From an uncultured Actinomycetota bacterium (GTDB lineage Bacteria > Actinomycetota > Actinomycetes > Propionibacteriales > Nocardioidaceae): 64,000 nt of DNA. A model generated the notes under the pieces. That model made no database searches. It saw nothing but the letters and a program-made list of their open reading frames with translations, and was not told the origin of the DNA. Positions within the stretch are counted from its first letter, which is position 1, and the number at the start of each line of letters is the position of its first letter. A program made the position numbers and the translations under genes. Shown piece after piece: positions 1 through 12,680 of the stretch. Where the stretch lies: contig CAWCFR010000033.1 in NCBI GenBank assembly GCA_963794725.1, positions 5,912 through 69,911 on the forward strand, read 5' to 3'.

Positions 1-531
1 GTCGGCGGCGACCTGATGGACTCGGCGTCCTACATGCGCGAGCACATGGGCATCGACCGGACGCCGCGGGAGATCGTCGAGGAGCTGCTCGACGGCGTCG
101 TCGCCAAGGTGCAGCGAGAGGTGCCGTGGTGCCCGGGTGCCCGCGAGCTCCTCGCCGACCTGCGCGCCCAGGGCGTTCCCTGCGTGCTGGTGACGATGTC
201 CTGGCGGCGGTTCGTCGATCCCGTCCTGGACGCGCTCCCTCCGAACTCCTTCGACGCGGTGATCTGCGGGGACGAGGTCTCCCGCGGCAAGCCGCACCCC
301 GAGCCGTACCTCGCGGCGGCCGCCCTCGTCCGGTGCGCCCCGGAGGACACCATGGCCATCGAGGACTCGCCGACCGGCGCCGCCTCGGCCGGTGCAGCGG
401 GATGCCGGGTCCTGGTCGTGCCGAACCACGTCGACGTACCGTCGGCCCCGCGCCAGGTCGAGCGCAGCACGCTGCTCGGCCTCGGGACCGACGAGCTGGC
501 CCGCCTCTACCAGGACGCCGGCCGGGCCTGA
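1..531 (+). CDS. HAD-family phosphatase (5' end outside window)
   Basis: Open from base 1; HAD motifs GKPHPEPY and IEDSPTG. Confidence 0.85.
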   Translation, partial: VGGDLMDSASYMREHMGIDRTPREIVEELLDGVVAKVQREVPWCPGARELLADLRAQGVPCVLVTMSWRRFVDPVLDALPPNSFDAVICGDEVSRGKPHPEPYLAAAALVRCAPEDTMAIEDSPTGAASAGAAGCRVLVVPNHVDVPSAPRQVERSTLLGLGTDELARLYQDAGRA

Positions 532-731
532 GCCACCGGCGCGTGGGTCCTAGTACCGACGTCCAATGGCCGCTGCCTCGTGCCCCGGCCGCACACTGCT
601 CGCATGAGCATCACGACCGGACCCGGCGACCGGCTGCGACCGGCTGCCCGGCGCCATCCTGTTCGTCAGCGCCTGACCGTGCCGCGCCGCCATACTGGAC
701 GCCCGTCGACCGAAGCGGAGTCCAGCGACCG

Positions 732-2009
732 ATGCGCCGCATGCTCGGGCACCCCGTCACCCAGGTCGCTGCTGCGCTGCTCATCGCGTTCCTGCTCGTC
801 ACCTCGCTCACGGCGTGGCTGGGGTCCCGGGCCGCGCAGCGCGAGGCGATCGCGGACGCGCGCAGCGTGAACCGCGTGCTCGGTGCCGCCGTCGTGCAGC
901 CGGCCATCCCTCGCGGCCTGGTGACCCAGGAGGCGGGGACGGCCACCGACGCTCGACGACCGCGTCCGCGGGCACCTCGACGTCGAGGGCGTGCGCCGGG
1001 TGAAGCTGTGGCGCGAGGACGGCACCATCGTGTACTCCGACGAGCCGCGGCTCGTCGGCAGGCGGTTCGACCTCGGGCGACGACGAGCGGGCCGTCCTCG
1101 AGCACGGGGGAGCCGACGCCGAGGTCTCCGACCTCGACGAGCCGGAGAACGAGTTCGAGCGTGGCTTCGGCAAGACGGTCGAGGTGTACTCCCGGGTCCG
1201 CTCGCCCGAGGGTGAGCCCCTGCTGTTCGAGAGCTACGTCTCGCTGGCCGACGTCCACCAGCGCCAGGCCGAGCTGACCCGGTCGTTCCGCCCGGTGACG
1301 GTGGTCGGGACCGCCGTGCTCACCCTGCTGATCGCGCCGCTCGCCTGGTGGCTGAGCCGGCGGCTGCGCCGCGACGCGGAGTCGCGCGAACGACTGCTGC
1401 GGACCGCGATCGAGGCCTCCGACGCCGAGCGGCGGCGGATCGCGCGCGACCTGCACGACGGCGTGGTGCAGGACCTCGCCGGCGCGGCCTTCACGCTGGC
1501 GGGCGCCGCGCGCACCGAGCCGGTCCGGCCCGAGGTGGTCGAGGACGTCGGCGACTCCGTGCGCCAGAGCCTGCGCTCGCTGCGGTCGCTGCTCGTGGAG
1601 ATCTACCCGCCGGACCTCGCCGAGGTGGGCCTCCAGGGCGCCCTGGACGACCTGCTCGCGCCCGTCGAGGCGGCCGGCACCACCACCGTGCTCGAGGTGG
1701 ACGACGTGCCCGACCTGTCCCCGACGAGCGCCGCGCTGGTGTGGCGGGTCGCGCAGGAGGCGATCCGCAACGCCGTACATCATGGGAGTCCGCAGCCGGT
1801 TGGTCGTGCAGGTGCAGGCCTCGGGCGCCCGCGGCGTGCGTCTCGTCGTCGAGGACGACGGGGTCGGCTTCGACGTGGCGCGGCAGCCCGAGGCGGGGCA
1901 CATCGGGCTGCGTGGCCTGAGGGACGCTGTGAAGGAGGCCGGTGGCCGGCTCGACATCGACTCGGCGGTCGGACGGGGTACGCGGGTGGAGCTGGAGGTG
2001 GCGCGATGA
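732..2009 (+). CDS. Membrane sensor histidine kinase, HisKA_3 type (frameshifted, probable sequencing indels)
   Basis: N-terminal TM helix; [44 protein letters not shown] motifs spread over several frames. Confidence 0.8.
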
Positions 2010-2642
2010 CGGTGCGGGTGCTGGTGACCGACGACCACGCGATGGTGCGGCGGGGCCTGGTCGAGCTGCTCTCCGCGGCGGAGGGAATCGAGGTCGTCGG
2101 CGAGGCCGCCAACGGCCGTGAGGCGGTGACGCGTGCCGAGGAGCTCGCTCCCGACGTCGTGCTGATGGACCTGCAGATGCCGGAGATGGACGGCGTCACC
2201 GCGACCAAGGCGATCGCGGCCGAGGCAGGCGTCGGCGCAGGTGCTCGTGCTCACGTCGTTCTCCGACGCCGAGCGCATCGTCGACGCCCTCGACGCGGGC
2301 GCCGTGGGCTACATGCTCAAGGACGCCGAGCCCGACGACCTGATCGATGCCGTCCGCTCCGTGGCCCGGGGCGACTCGCCGCTGCACCCGCGGGTGGCCC
2401 GCCAGCTGCTGACGGCGCGGTCCGCGCGCCGGCCGGTCGACCAGGAGCTGACCTCCCGCGAGCGCGAGGTGCTCCTGCTGGTGCGCGACGGCCTGGCCAA
2501 CAAGCAGATCGCCCGCCGCCTCGGGATCAGCGAGCGCACCGTCAAGGCCCACCTCACCTCGGTCTTCGCCACGATCGGCGTCGCCGACCGGACCGCCGCC
2601 GCGCTCTGGGCCGAGCGCCACCAGGTCACCCGGGAGGGCTGA
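2006..2642 (+). CDS. NarL/LuxR-family response regulator (one frameshift near 2230)
   Basis: [26 protein letters not shown]...NKQIA...TVKAHL; ATGA overlap with kinase. Confidence 0.9.
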
Positions 2643-3498
2643 CCGCCGGCTCGGCCGTGGGGAACGGGGGCGGGGTGCCGCCGAACTCCGGGCAGAGCGC
2701 CTGGAAGCTGCACCAGCCGCACGCCCAGCCGCGGCGGGGCAGGAACTCGCCGGTCTCACGGGCCAGCCGGATCGCCTGCCACACGGCCTCGACGAGCCGC
2801 TCGGTGGCCAGCAGGTCGTCCTCGTCGGGCTGGTAGCTGAGCACCTGGCCGTCGCCGAGGTAGATCAGCTGCAGCAGGCGCGGCACGACGCCGCGGGTGC
2901 GCCACAGGACCAGCGCGTAGAAGCGCATCTGGAACAGCGCCTTGCCCTCGAAGCCGACGCCGGGCGAGCTGCCGGACTTGTAGTCCACCACCCTGACGGC
3001 GCCGTCGGGGGCGACGTCGATGCGGTCGACGAAGCCGCGCAGCAGCAGCCGCGAGTCGAGCAGCGCCTCGACGTAGAGCTCGCGCTCGGCGGGCTCGAGA
3101 CGGCGCGGGTCCTCCAGCGCGAAGTAGGCGCGCACGCTCTCCTGGCACGCGGCCAGCCACTCGACGATCCCCTCGCCGTCACCGGTGAACAGCTCGGCGG
3201 CCTCCGGCTCGGCGTCGAGCACGAACTCCCAGGCGGCCTGGACCATCGACTCGGCCCGCTCGGGCGTGCGCTCGAGCGCGGGGAGGTCGAAGAGGTCCTC
3301 CAGCACCTTGTGCACGACCGTGCCGCGCAGGGCGAGGGGCGACGGCGCCTCGGGAAGACGGTCGATCGTGCGCAGGCGGTAGAGCAGGGGACAGGTGCGG
3401 AAGTCGGCCGCCCGGCTGGGCGAGATCGAGCCGATCACCTCGACACCGTCGACCGGGGTGCCGATCCGGGCACGCGGCTCGGTGTCGGCCTCAGTCAT
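2626..3498 (-). CDS. RecB-family PD-(D/E)XK nuclease (Rv2119-like)
   Basis: [19 protein letters not shown]...VVDYKSG, C-terminal [11 protein letters not shown]; usual neighbour of the Pup locus. Confidence 0.88.
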   Translation of the reverse strand: MTEADTEPRARIGTPVDGVEVIGSISPSRAADFRTCPLLYRLRTIDRLPEAPSPLALRGTVVHKVLEDLFDLPALERTPERAESMVQAAWEFVLDAEPEAAELFTGDGEGIVEWLAACQESVRAYFALEDPRRLEPAERELYVEALLDSRLLLRGFVDRIDVAPDGAVRVVDYKSGSSPGVGFEGKALFQMRFYALVLWRTRGVVPRLLQLIYLGDGQVLSYQPDEDDLLATERLVEAVWQAIRLARETGEFLPRRGWACGWCSFQALCPEFGGTPPPFPTAEPAVSPPG

Positions 3499-3505
3499 GG
3501 GAGCC

Positions 3506-3527
3506 ACGATAGGTCGCGGCGCCGACA
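3506..3527 (-). promoter_or_regulatory. PafBC-type (RecA-NDp) DNA-damage promoter, leaderless
   Basis: Minus strand reads TGTCGG-CGCCGCGACC-TATCGT (TGTCGG-N10-TA-N3-T), ending 7 nt before the ATG at 3498. Confidence 0.8.
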
Positions 3528-3553
3528 GCCCCGGCTCGCGCTAGCGTGGTGGG

Positions 3554-4759
3554 GTGAACAAGCCCGCGACCGGCGCTCCCGCCGGCCACGACGGTGGGCC
3601 CGACGACCCGCAGGGGCCGCAGGGCGAGCCACCCCGGGCGTCGTACCCTCCCGGCACCTGGCGGATCGGGACGTTCCGGGGCATCGACGTCCTGGTGCGC
3701 TCCTCGTGGCTCCTGGTCGCCCTGCTGATCGCGGTCCTGCTCGCTCCTCGCGTCGAGGAGGTCCAGCCCGGCCTCGGCCCGCTGAAGTACGTCGCCGGCG
3801 TGGCGTTCGCGGTCCTGCTCTACCTCTCGGTCCTGCTGCACGAGATGTCGCACGCGGTGATGGCACAGCGCTACGGCCTCGGCGTGCGCTCGATCAGCCT
3901 GCACTTCCTCGGCGGTGCCACCGAGATCGACTCCGAGACGCGCACCCCCGGCCAGGAGTTCATCGTGGCGGTGGTCGGTCCGCTGACCTCCATCGCCGTG
4001 GGCGCCGTGGCCCTCGGGCTGCTGTTCGTCGTCCCCGACGGGCTGATCGCGCTCACCGTCGGTGGACTCGCGGGCGCCAACCTCGTGGTCGGCGTCCTCA
4101 ACCTGGTGCCCGGCCTGCCCCTCGACGGCGGCCGGCTCCTGCGCGCCGGGGTGTGGAAGGTGACCGGCAACGTGCACCGCGGCACGATGGTCGCCGGCTG
4201 GGGCGGCCGCGTCGCCGCGGTGCTCGTGCTGCTGTACCCGACGCTCGCCGGCTACTTCACCGACTTCCGCCCCGACGTCTACGACTACGTGATGGCGGTG
4301 GTCCTGGCCCTGTTCCTGTGGTCCGGTGCGAGCGCGTCGATGCTCAATGCCCGCATCCGGCGGCGGCTCCCGTACCTGAAGGCCCGCCCGCTGGCCAGGC
4401 GGGTGATCGCCGTGCCCGGCGAGCTCCCCGTCGCCGAGGCCGTGCGACAGGCGCAGGAGAGCGGCGCCGGGGCGATCGTGGTCCACGCCGGCGACGAGCG
4501 CCTCAACGGCATCGTCAGCGAGGCGGCCCTGGTGGCCACGCCGGAGGACCGTCGCGCGTGGATGCCGGTGAGCTCGGTGACCCGGTCGATCGAGCCCGGG
4601 CTGCTCCTCGACGTCGACATCGCCGGCGAGGAGCTGCTGCGCGCGATGTCGGGGACGCCGGCCGAGGAGTACGTCCTCGTCGAGCCGGACGGCACCATCT
4701 TCGGCGTGCTGTGCACGACCGACGTCGACCGCGCGTTCGCCCAGGGCGGAGGCCAGTGA
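3554..4759 (+). CDS. Site-2 protease (M50) with C-terminal CBS-like region
   Basis: HEMSH zinc motif, NLVPGLPLDGG, several TM segments. Confidence 0.9.
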   Translation: MNKPATGAPAGHDGGPDDPQGPQGEPPRASYPPGTWRIGTFRGIDVLVRSSWLLVALLIAVLLAPRVEEVQPGLGPLKYVAGVAFAVLLYLSVLLHEMSHAVMAQRYGLGVRSISLHFLGGATEIDSETRTPGQEFIVAVVGPLTSIAVGAVALGLLFVVPDGLIALTVGGLAGANLVVGVLNLVPGLPLDGGRLLRAGVWKVTGNVHRGTMVAGWGGRVAAVLVLLYPTLAGYFTDFRPDVYDYVMAVVLALFLWSGASASMLNARIRRRLPYLKARPLARRVIAVPGELPVAEAVRQAQESGAGAIVVHAGDERLNGIVSEAALVATPEDRRAWMPVSSVTRSIEPGLLLDVDIAGEELLRAMSGTPAEEYVLVEPDGTIFGVLCTTDVDRAFAQGGGQ

Positions 4760-4762
4760 TGA

Positions 4763-5689
<927 letters not shown>

Positions 5690-5816
5690 CCCGTCGTGGG
5701 TGTCGCCCACGTGACAGTTGAGTTACCAAGCGAGTGAGACACGGCTAACACTTGCCTTTTCCTGCGGTCCGGCCGAGTAGGTTGGAATTCAGACCCAGCC
5801 CCAGGAGGTGGTTCCC

Positions 5817-7562
5817 GTGAGTGAACCCGATGAGGATCGTGGGCCGACCCAGGCCCAGCTGCTCAACCAGGTGTCCTTCCTCGAGGCCGAGGTCGCCGAG
5901 CTCCGCCGTCGCGTGGCCGATGCGCCGGGAAGCGCCCGGGCGCTCGACCAGAGGCTGCTGGACACCCAGCGCTCGCTGGCCGCGGTCACCTCGCAGAACG
6001 AGCGCCTCGCCCAGACCCTGCGCGAGGCCCGCGACCAGATCGTCACCCTCAAGGAGGAGGTCGACCGGCTCGCCCAGCCCCCGACCGGCTTCGGGACGTT
6101 CCTGCGCCGCAACGACGACGACTCCGTCGACGTCTTCACCGGTGGCCGCAAGCTGCGGGTGAACGTCAGCCCCTCGGTCGAGCTCGACGAGCTGACCAAG
6201 GGCCAGGAGGTCATGCTCAACGAGGCCCTGAACGTCGTCGCCGCCCTGGAGTTCGAAGAGGTCGGCGAGGTCGTGATGTTCAAGGAGATGCTCGCCGACG
6301 GCGATCGTGTCCTGGTCATCGCCAACGCCGACGAGGAGCGCGTCGTCCGCCTCGCCTCGCCGCTGCGCGAGCAGACGTTGCGCGCCGGCGACTCGCTGCT
6401 GCTCGACGCGAAGTCGGGCTACGTCTACGAGAAGGTCCCCAAGTCCGAGGTCGAGGAGCTCGTCCTCGAAGAGGTTCCCGACATCGCCTACGAGTCGATC
6501 GGTGGCCTGGGCAACCAGATCGAGCAGATCCGCGACGCCGTCGAGCTGCCGTACCTGCACCCCGACCTGTTCAAGGAGCACCAGCTCAAGCCCCCCAAGG
6601 GCGTGCTGCTCTACGGTCCGCCCGGGTGCGGCAAGACCCTCATCGCCAAGGCCGTGGCCAACTCGCTGGCCAAGAAGGTCGCCGCCAAGACCGGCCAGGA
6701 GGGGAAGTCCTACTTCCTGAACATCAAGGGTCCTGAGCTGCTCAACAAGTACGTCGGCGAGACCGAGCGCCACATCCGGCTGGTCTTCCAGCGTGCCCGC
6801 GAGAAGGCCAGCGGCGGCACCCCGGTGATCGTGTTCTTCGACGAGATGGACTCCCTGTTCCGCACCCGCGGGTCCGGGGTCTCCTCCGACGTGGAGAACA
6901 CGATCGTTCCGCAGCTGCTCAGCGAGATCGACGGCGTCGAGCTGCTCGAGAACGTCCTGGTGATCGGTGCCTCCAACCGCGAGGACATGATCGACCCCGC
7001 GATCCTGCGACCGGGTCGCCTCGACGTGAAGATCAAGATCGAGCGTCCCGACGCCGAGTCGGCGCGCGACATCTTCTCCAAGTACCTCGTGCCGTCGCTG
7101 CCCCTGCACTCCGACGACCTCACCGAGTTCAACAACGACCGCGACGCCTGCGTCGCCGGGATGATCCAGGCCACGGTGGAGCGGATGTACACCGAGACCG
7201 AGGAGAACCGGTTCCTCGAGGTCACCTACGCCAACGGCGACAAGGAGGTCCTGTACTTCAAGGACTTCAACTCCGGCGCGATGATCCAGAACATCGTCGA
7301 CCGGGCCAAGAAGATGGCGATCAAGGACTTCCTCGACCAGGACCAGCACGGACTGCGCGTCTCGCACCTGCTGCAGGCCTGCGTCGACGAGTTCAAGGAG
7401 AACGAGGACCTGCCCAACACCACCAACCCCGACGACTGGGCGCGGATCTCGGGCAAGAAGGGCGAGCGGATCGTCTTCATCCGCACCCTGATCACCGGCA
7501 AGCAGGGCACCGAGCCCGGCCGCTCGATCGACACGGTCGCCAACACCGGCCAGTACCTGTAG
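5817..7562 (+). CDS. arc: Proteasome-associated AAA ATPase ARC/Mpa
   Basis: Coiled coil, [16 protein letters not shown]-terminal GQYL; AGGAGG RBS before GTG. Confidence 0.97.
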   Translation: MSEPDEDRGPTQAQLLNQVSFLEAEVAELRRRVADAPGSARALDQRLLDTQRSLAAVTSQNERLAQTLREARDQIVTLKEEVDRLAQPPTGFGTFLRRNDDDSVDVFTGGRKLRVNVSPSVELDELTKGQEVMLNEALNVVAALEFEEVGEVVMFKEMLADGDRVLVIANADEERVVRLASPLREQTLRAGDSLLLDAKSGYVYEKVPKSEVEELVLEEVPDIAYESIGGLGNQIEQIRDAVELPYLHPDLFKEHQLKPPKGVLLYGPPGCGKTLIAKAVANSLAKKVAAKTGQEGKSYFLNIKGPELLNKYVGETERHIRLVFQRAREKASGGTPVIVFFDEMDSLFRTRGSGVSSDVENTIVPQLLSEIDGVELLENVLVIGASNREDMIDPAILRPGRLDVKIKIERPDAESARDIFSKYLVPSLPLHSDDLTEFNNDRDACVAGMIQATVERMYTETEENRFLEVTYANGDKEVLYFKDFNSGAMIQNIVDRAKKMAIKDFLDQDQHGLRVSHLLQACVDEFKENEDLPNTTNPDDWARISGKKGERIVFIRTLITGKQGTEPGRSIDTVANTGQYL

Positions 7563-7579
7563 GCAGCGCACCTCGAAGC

Positions 7580-7621
7580 AGCAGAAAGGGCCCCGACCAA
7601 CCGGTCGGGGCCCTTTCTGCT
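7580..7621. terminator. Hairpin terminator between convergent arc and PLD gene, probably bidirectional
   Basis: GCAGAAAGGGCCCCGACC-AACC-GGTCGGGGCCCTTTCTGC perfect 18-bp stem. Confidence 0.85.
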
Positions 7622-7628
7622 CGTGTCG

Positions 7629-9075
7629 TCAGTCCTCTGACATGTACTTGTAGACGCCCTTGCCCCACGGGATGTTGCTCTCGGGCAGGGGAGTGACGCG
7701 GCCCTCGGCGATGTAGGCCAGGGTCGGCGGACCGGAGGTCCGCTGCGCCCACGTGGCGGCGAAGTTGCCGTTGTAGTTGCGTGCGTTCGAGTAGCCGTCG
7801 ACGATCTGCATCTGCTCGTCGGAGGACAGCGCCAGGTTGGCCCAGTTCGCCGAGCCGGAGATCGACTTCCACTGCGCCGGCTTGCCGCCGTAGTTTCCGG
7901 CGATCGTCATCCACTTGCTGTGGTTGTACTTCACGATCTGGCCCTGGCCGTTCTTGATCACCGACTCCTTCATCGGGATCGCGCCGCGCCCGGAGTGGTT
8001 GCGCAGGATGCTCAGCACCGGGCGCGTGGTCACCGAGTAGATGATCTGGATGTCACACCCGGCGTTCCACAGCTGACGAAGCTTCTTGGCGATGAGCTCT
8101 CCGCGTGACTGGTAGATCGCGTACTGGATGATCCGGATGTGCGTGCGGCCGTTGTACACGCCGGCATTGGTGCAGCTCGTGCGGTTGAGCATCCGCAGGA
8201 CCGGGTCGCGTCTGTGACGTCCAGTTGCCGATGGGGAAGAAGATGTTCTCGAAGCGTCCCGGTGACGTAGTCGCGGTACGGCGAGACGTTGTACGTCGCC
8301 GGACGCATCTCCCGGTAGATCGCCATGAACGCGTTGTACACCTGCGGCGAGGAGTACACCTGCGCCTGGTTCCACTGGCCGTGCCAGGCGAACGAGGTCA
8401 GGTTCATCGAGGACTGGATGACGATGTTGCGCGCGTGCGCGGAGCCCACGTTGTCGAAGAGGAAGAACTTCGAGTGCGGCGTACCACCGCGACCGCGGCA
8501 CGAGCCCGGGCAGGTGCGGACGAAGCTCTTCCGCTCCTGGGAGCCGGCCACCCCGCGGGTGTAGTAGGTCGAGCCGAGCCGCTTCCTGAGCCAGCGCAGC
8601 TCCGGGTGCGTCTTGTTGATGTCGGAAGCCGCCATCACCTGGACGCTGACGCCGCGGTTGCGCGCCGCGAGCAGCGCCTTGGCGATGCCCATGTCGCCGA
8701 AGGACCACGTGGCGATCCGGATCTTGCCGTTGGAGGGGAGGGGCAGCCCGTAGCGGTCGCGCGGCCCACCCCAGGTGCTCTGGATGGTGCCGAGCACGGT
8801 GTTGCGGATGCGCGACTGGTTGGCCTTGCCGGCCTTCAGGTAGCCGAAGCGGGTCCCGGAGTAGGGCACGTAGTTGCGGAGCGGCGCGTAGGGGTTGCGC
8901 CGCGCCGAGGTGGACCTCGCGGCGACCGTGTGCGTCGGGGCCGCGGTCGTGCGCACGCCGGGCGCCGGGGCGGCCGATGCCGTGGTCGACGGCGCGTGAC
9001 CGCCAGGCCACCGGTCAGCAGCAGCAGAGAGGTGAGGACAGCCGAACCCCGCAGGGTGGGGCGGAGGAGCGACAT
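7629..9075 (-). CDS. Secreted phospholipase D-superfamily protein, paralog 1 (frameshifted)
   Basis: Signal peptide [26 protein letters not shown]; HSKFFLFD...SSMN and HSKWMTIAG...SGSANW. Confidence 0.8.
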
Positions 9076-9222
9076 ACGAGTCTCCTGGAAAGAGATGAAC
9101 ACCGAGAGGCCGCGCGAAGGGCGATCGAAAATCTAACACGCGTGGTAGGTCGCGACCCCCAATCGGCGACGTCGCCCGCCGGGCAGCGGTCTAGACGACA
9201 GGGGGCCAACTACGCTGGCACC

Positions 9223-10732
9223 GTGAGCGTGCGGAGAGTCATGGGGACCGAGACCGAGTTCGGCATCTCGGTGCAGGGACACCCGCACGCGAACCCGATG
9301 GTGGCGAGCACACGATTGGTCAACGCCTACGCCAGCGCCACGCTCAAGGCCCGCCGCGCCCGCTGGGACTTCGAGGAGGAGTCGCCGCTGCGCGACGCCC
9401 GCGGCTTCGACATGTCGCGCGAGGTGGCCGACCCGACCCAGCTCACCGACGAGGACCTCGGCCTGGCCAACGTGATCCTCACCAACGGTGCGCGCCTGTA
9501 CGTCGACCACGCCCACCCCGAGTACTCCACCCCCGAGTGCACCAACCCGCTGGCCATCGTCACCTGGGACAAGGCGGGGGAGCAGGTGGCCCTGGACGCC
9601 GCCCGGTTCGCTGCCGGGACCGGGGAGGGCGACCTCCTGCTGTACAAGAACAACACCGACAACAAGGGCGCCTCCTACGGCGCGCACGAGAACTACCTCG
9701 TCCGGCGCTCCACCCCCTTCGGCGACATCGTGCGCCACCTGACGCCGTTCTTCGTGAGTCGTCAGGTCGTCTGCGGCGCCGGCCGGGTCGGCCTGGGCCA
9801 GGACGGCCACGGCGACGGCTTCCAGCTCAGCCAGCGCGCCGACTTCTTCGAGGTCGAGGTGGGCCTCGAGACGACGCTCAAGCGGCCGATCATCAACACC
9901 CGCGACGAGCCGCACGCCGACCCCGAGAAGTACCGCCGGCTGCACGTGATCCTCGGCGACGCCAACCTCGCCGAGACCTCGACCTACCTCAAGGTGGGCA
10001 CCACGTCACTGGTGCTGGCGATGATCGAGGACCGCTTCATCAGCACCGACCTGGGCGTCACCCGCCCCGTGGCCTCGCTCAAGCAGGTCTCCCACGACCC
10101 GTCGCTCACCCACCTGCTCGAGGTCGGCGACGGTCGGATGATGACCGCCGTCCAGCTCCAGTGGGAGTACCTCACGCTGGCCCGCAAGTACGTCGAGGAG
10201 AAGCAGGGCTCCGACGTCGACGCAGCAGACCCGCGACGTGCTCGAGCGCTGGGAGTCGGTGCTCAACCGCCTCGAGCGCGACCCGTTCGAGCTCGCCGAG
10301 GAGCTGGACTGGGTGGCGAAGCTGAAGCTGCTCAACTCCTACCGCGAGCGCGACGGCCTGGCCTGGTCCGACGCGAAGCTGCACCTGATCGACCTGCAGT
10401 ACGCCGACCTGCGCCCCGAGAAGGGGCTCTACCACCGCCTGGTCAAGCTGGGCCGGATGCGACGCCTGGTCGAGGAGGCGGTGGTCGAGGAGGCGATGCA
10501 CGAGCCCCCGCACGACACCCGCGCCTACTTCCGCGGCCGGTGCCTGAGCAAGTACGCCGACAGCATCGCCGCCGCCTCGTGGGACTCGGTCATCTTCGAC
10601 CTGCCCGGGCACGAGTCCCTGCAACGGGTGCCCACCATCGACCCGCTGCGAGGCAGCCGCGCCCACGTCGGCGCCCTGCTCGACAGCCACGACACGGCAC
10701 TCGGGCTCTTCGAGGCGCTCACCCGGCACTGA
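9223..10732 (+). CDS. dop: Pup deamidase/depupylase (frameshift near 10225)
   Basis: [46 protein letters not shown]; TACGCT -10 just upstream. Confidence 0.95.
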
Positions 10733-10757
10733 GCACGTCTCGACGCCCGGCCGGGCC

Positions 10758-12317
10758 TCAGTCCGGGGTCATGTACCGGAAGACCCCGCGACCCCAGGTC
10801 GGCGCGCTCTCGGGCACGTCGCGGGCGAAGTAGGGGATCACCCGGCCGGTGATCTCCGGCAGCACGCCGTACCCCGGCATGTGCGAGCTGCTCTGGCGCC
10901 AGGTGGCGGCGAAGTTCGACAGGTGCGCCGCAGCCGTCGGGACGCCCGTCGATGCGTTGCATCTGCTCGTCGTCGCCGAGTGCCGAGGTTGGCCCAGTTG
11001 GCCGAACCGGAGAAGGTCAGGTAGGTGTCCGGCTTCGTGCCCCAGCGCCCCACGATCGTCATCCACTTGCTGTGGTTGTAGCTCATGATGATGCCGTAGC
11101 CGTTGGTGATCACGGACTGGCGCATCGGGATGGCGCCACGACCGGAGCCGCTGCGCAGGATGGACAGAACGGGTCTGCTGGCGACCGAGTAGATGATCGC
11201 GACGTCGCAGCCGTGCTCCCACAGGTAGCGCAGGCGCCGCGAGATCCACTCCCCGCGGTCGCCGTAGATGGCGTACTGGATGACGTTGATCCTGCGTCCG
11301 GCCGGTGCCGCCCGCCGTCGCGCCGTAGCAGGACGTGATGCCGTTGAGGATCGAGGAGACCGGGTCCGTGGCCGGCGTGACGCTGTAGCGCGGGAAGAAG
11401 TAGTCGACCAGGTAGCCGTACCTCTTGACGCGGTACGGCTGCGCGACCGGCTGGTTCAGCCGGGACTGCCGGAAGATCACGTAGAAGTCGTTCCAGACGG
11501 CGCGGGAGTAGGCCACCTGCGCCTGGTTCCACTGGCCGCTGGAGGCGAACGTGGTCAGGTTCATCGACGTCTGCACGGTGATGTGCCGGCACGTGCCGGG
11601 CACCGACGTTGTCGAAGAGGAAGTACTTCGAGTGGGCGGTGCCGAAGCGTCCTCGGCACGCGCCCCGGCACTGCCGGGCGAAGCTCCACATGGTGTTGGT
11701 CGCGGGGTAGTGCGGGCGGAACAGGTCTGCGGGCCGAGCTTCTTGCGCAGCCAGCTCCACGACGCGTGGCCGCGGTTGGCCTTCTTGGCCCCGACGATCT
11801 GCACGCTGACGCCGCGCTTCTTCGCGGCGACCAGCGCCCGCGCGACGGCCCAGTCGTCGAAGGACCAGGTGGCGATCCTGATCGTGCCGTTGCCGGCGCG
11901 CGGGGCGCCGTACGCGTCGCGGGGACCGCCCCACACGCTCTGGATCGTGTAGAGGACCCGGCTACGGATCGCCTGGCGCGCCTTCTTTCCCTTGTTCGGG
12001 AAGCTGAAGAAGCTGCCCTGGGGGATGGCGTAGTTGCGCGCCGGCTGGCCGACGATCCTCGGCGGACGTGGCGGCTTCTTCTTCTTGTGAGCGCGGGCAG
12101 CCTTCGCCCGGTGGGCTGCGTGATGTGCCGCGTGGTGACTCGCGTGATGGGCGCGGTGGTGGTGCTGCTTCTGCCGGGCCTGTGCGCTGCCTGCGGCCGG
12201 CAGCGCCACGACGACGAGCGCTGCCGTGAGCGCGATCGCCAGGGTCGTGCGGGGTCGGCCCGGGGCGCGCGGGCGACGGGGCCTGCCGTGGGGGAAGGCC
12301 TTGAGCAGGAGGGACAT
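10758..12317 (-). CDS. Secreted phospholipase D-superfamily protein, paralog 2, with His/Lys-rich linker (frameshifted)
   Basis: Hydrophobic signal [23 protein letters not shown]; HSKYFLFD...TSMN; HSKWMTIVG...SGSANW. Confidence 0.8.
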   Translation of the reverse strand: MSLLLKAFPHGRPRRPRAPGRPRTTLAIALTAALVVVALPAAGSAQARQKQHHHRAHHASHHAAHHAAHRAKAARAHKKKKPPRPPRIVGQPARNYAIPQGSFFSFPNKGKKARQAIRSRVLYTIQSVWGGPRDAYGAPRAGNGTIRIATWSFDDWAVARALVAAKKRGVSVQIVGAKKANRGHASWSWLRKKLGPQTCSARTTPRPTPCGASPGSAGARAEDASAPPTRSTSSSTTSVPGTCRHITVQTSMNLTTFASSGQWNQAQVAYSRAVWNDFYVIFRQSRLNQPVAQPYRVKRYGYLVDYFFPRYSVTPATDPVSSILNGITSCYGATAGGTGRTQDQRHPVRHLRRPRGVDLAAPALPVGARLRRRDHLLGRQQTRSVHPAQRLRSWRHPDAPVRDHQRLRHHHELQPQQVDDDRGALGHEAGHLPDLLRFGQLGQPRHSATTSRCNASTGVPTAAAHLSNFAATWRQSSSHMPGYGVLPEITGRVIPYFARDVPESAPTWGRGVFRYMTPD

Positions 12318-12478
12318 CGGTTCCTCTTCCCAAGTACGTGGCTGACTCGTCGCCCATACCACCACGACTCGGGCGGGAACCACGGGAGGCGGGCCGGGGG
12401 ATCAGCGGGATTTGCCGTGGGCGTGTGGATAGGGTCGAGTCGACGAGGTGCTCACGCACCTCCCGGAGGAGGATCGCC

Positions 12479-12680
12479 ATGGCGCAGGAGCAGAAGCAGC
12501 CGCGCAAGTCGCACGACGAGGAGCCGGCCGACGCCGCCCCCGCACCGGCTGAGGCAGTCACCGAGCGCAAGGAAGCAGCTCGACGACGACATCGACGCGA
12601 TCCTCGAGGACATCGACGACGTGCTGGAGACCAACGCCGAGGACTTCGTGAAGTCGTTCATCCAGAAGGGCGGCCAGTGA
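12479..12680 (+). CDS. pup: Prokaryotic ubiquitin-like protein (one indel)
   Basis: MAQEQKQ...[28 protein letters not shown]; GGAGGAGG RBS. Confidence 0.95.

Noticed and set aside
5745-7571. Long antisense ORFs opposite arc and many other genes (e.g. 59104-61572, 23026-24666)
   Set aside because: Expected shadow ORFs in high-GC3 DNA; no recognisable motifs
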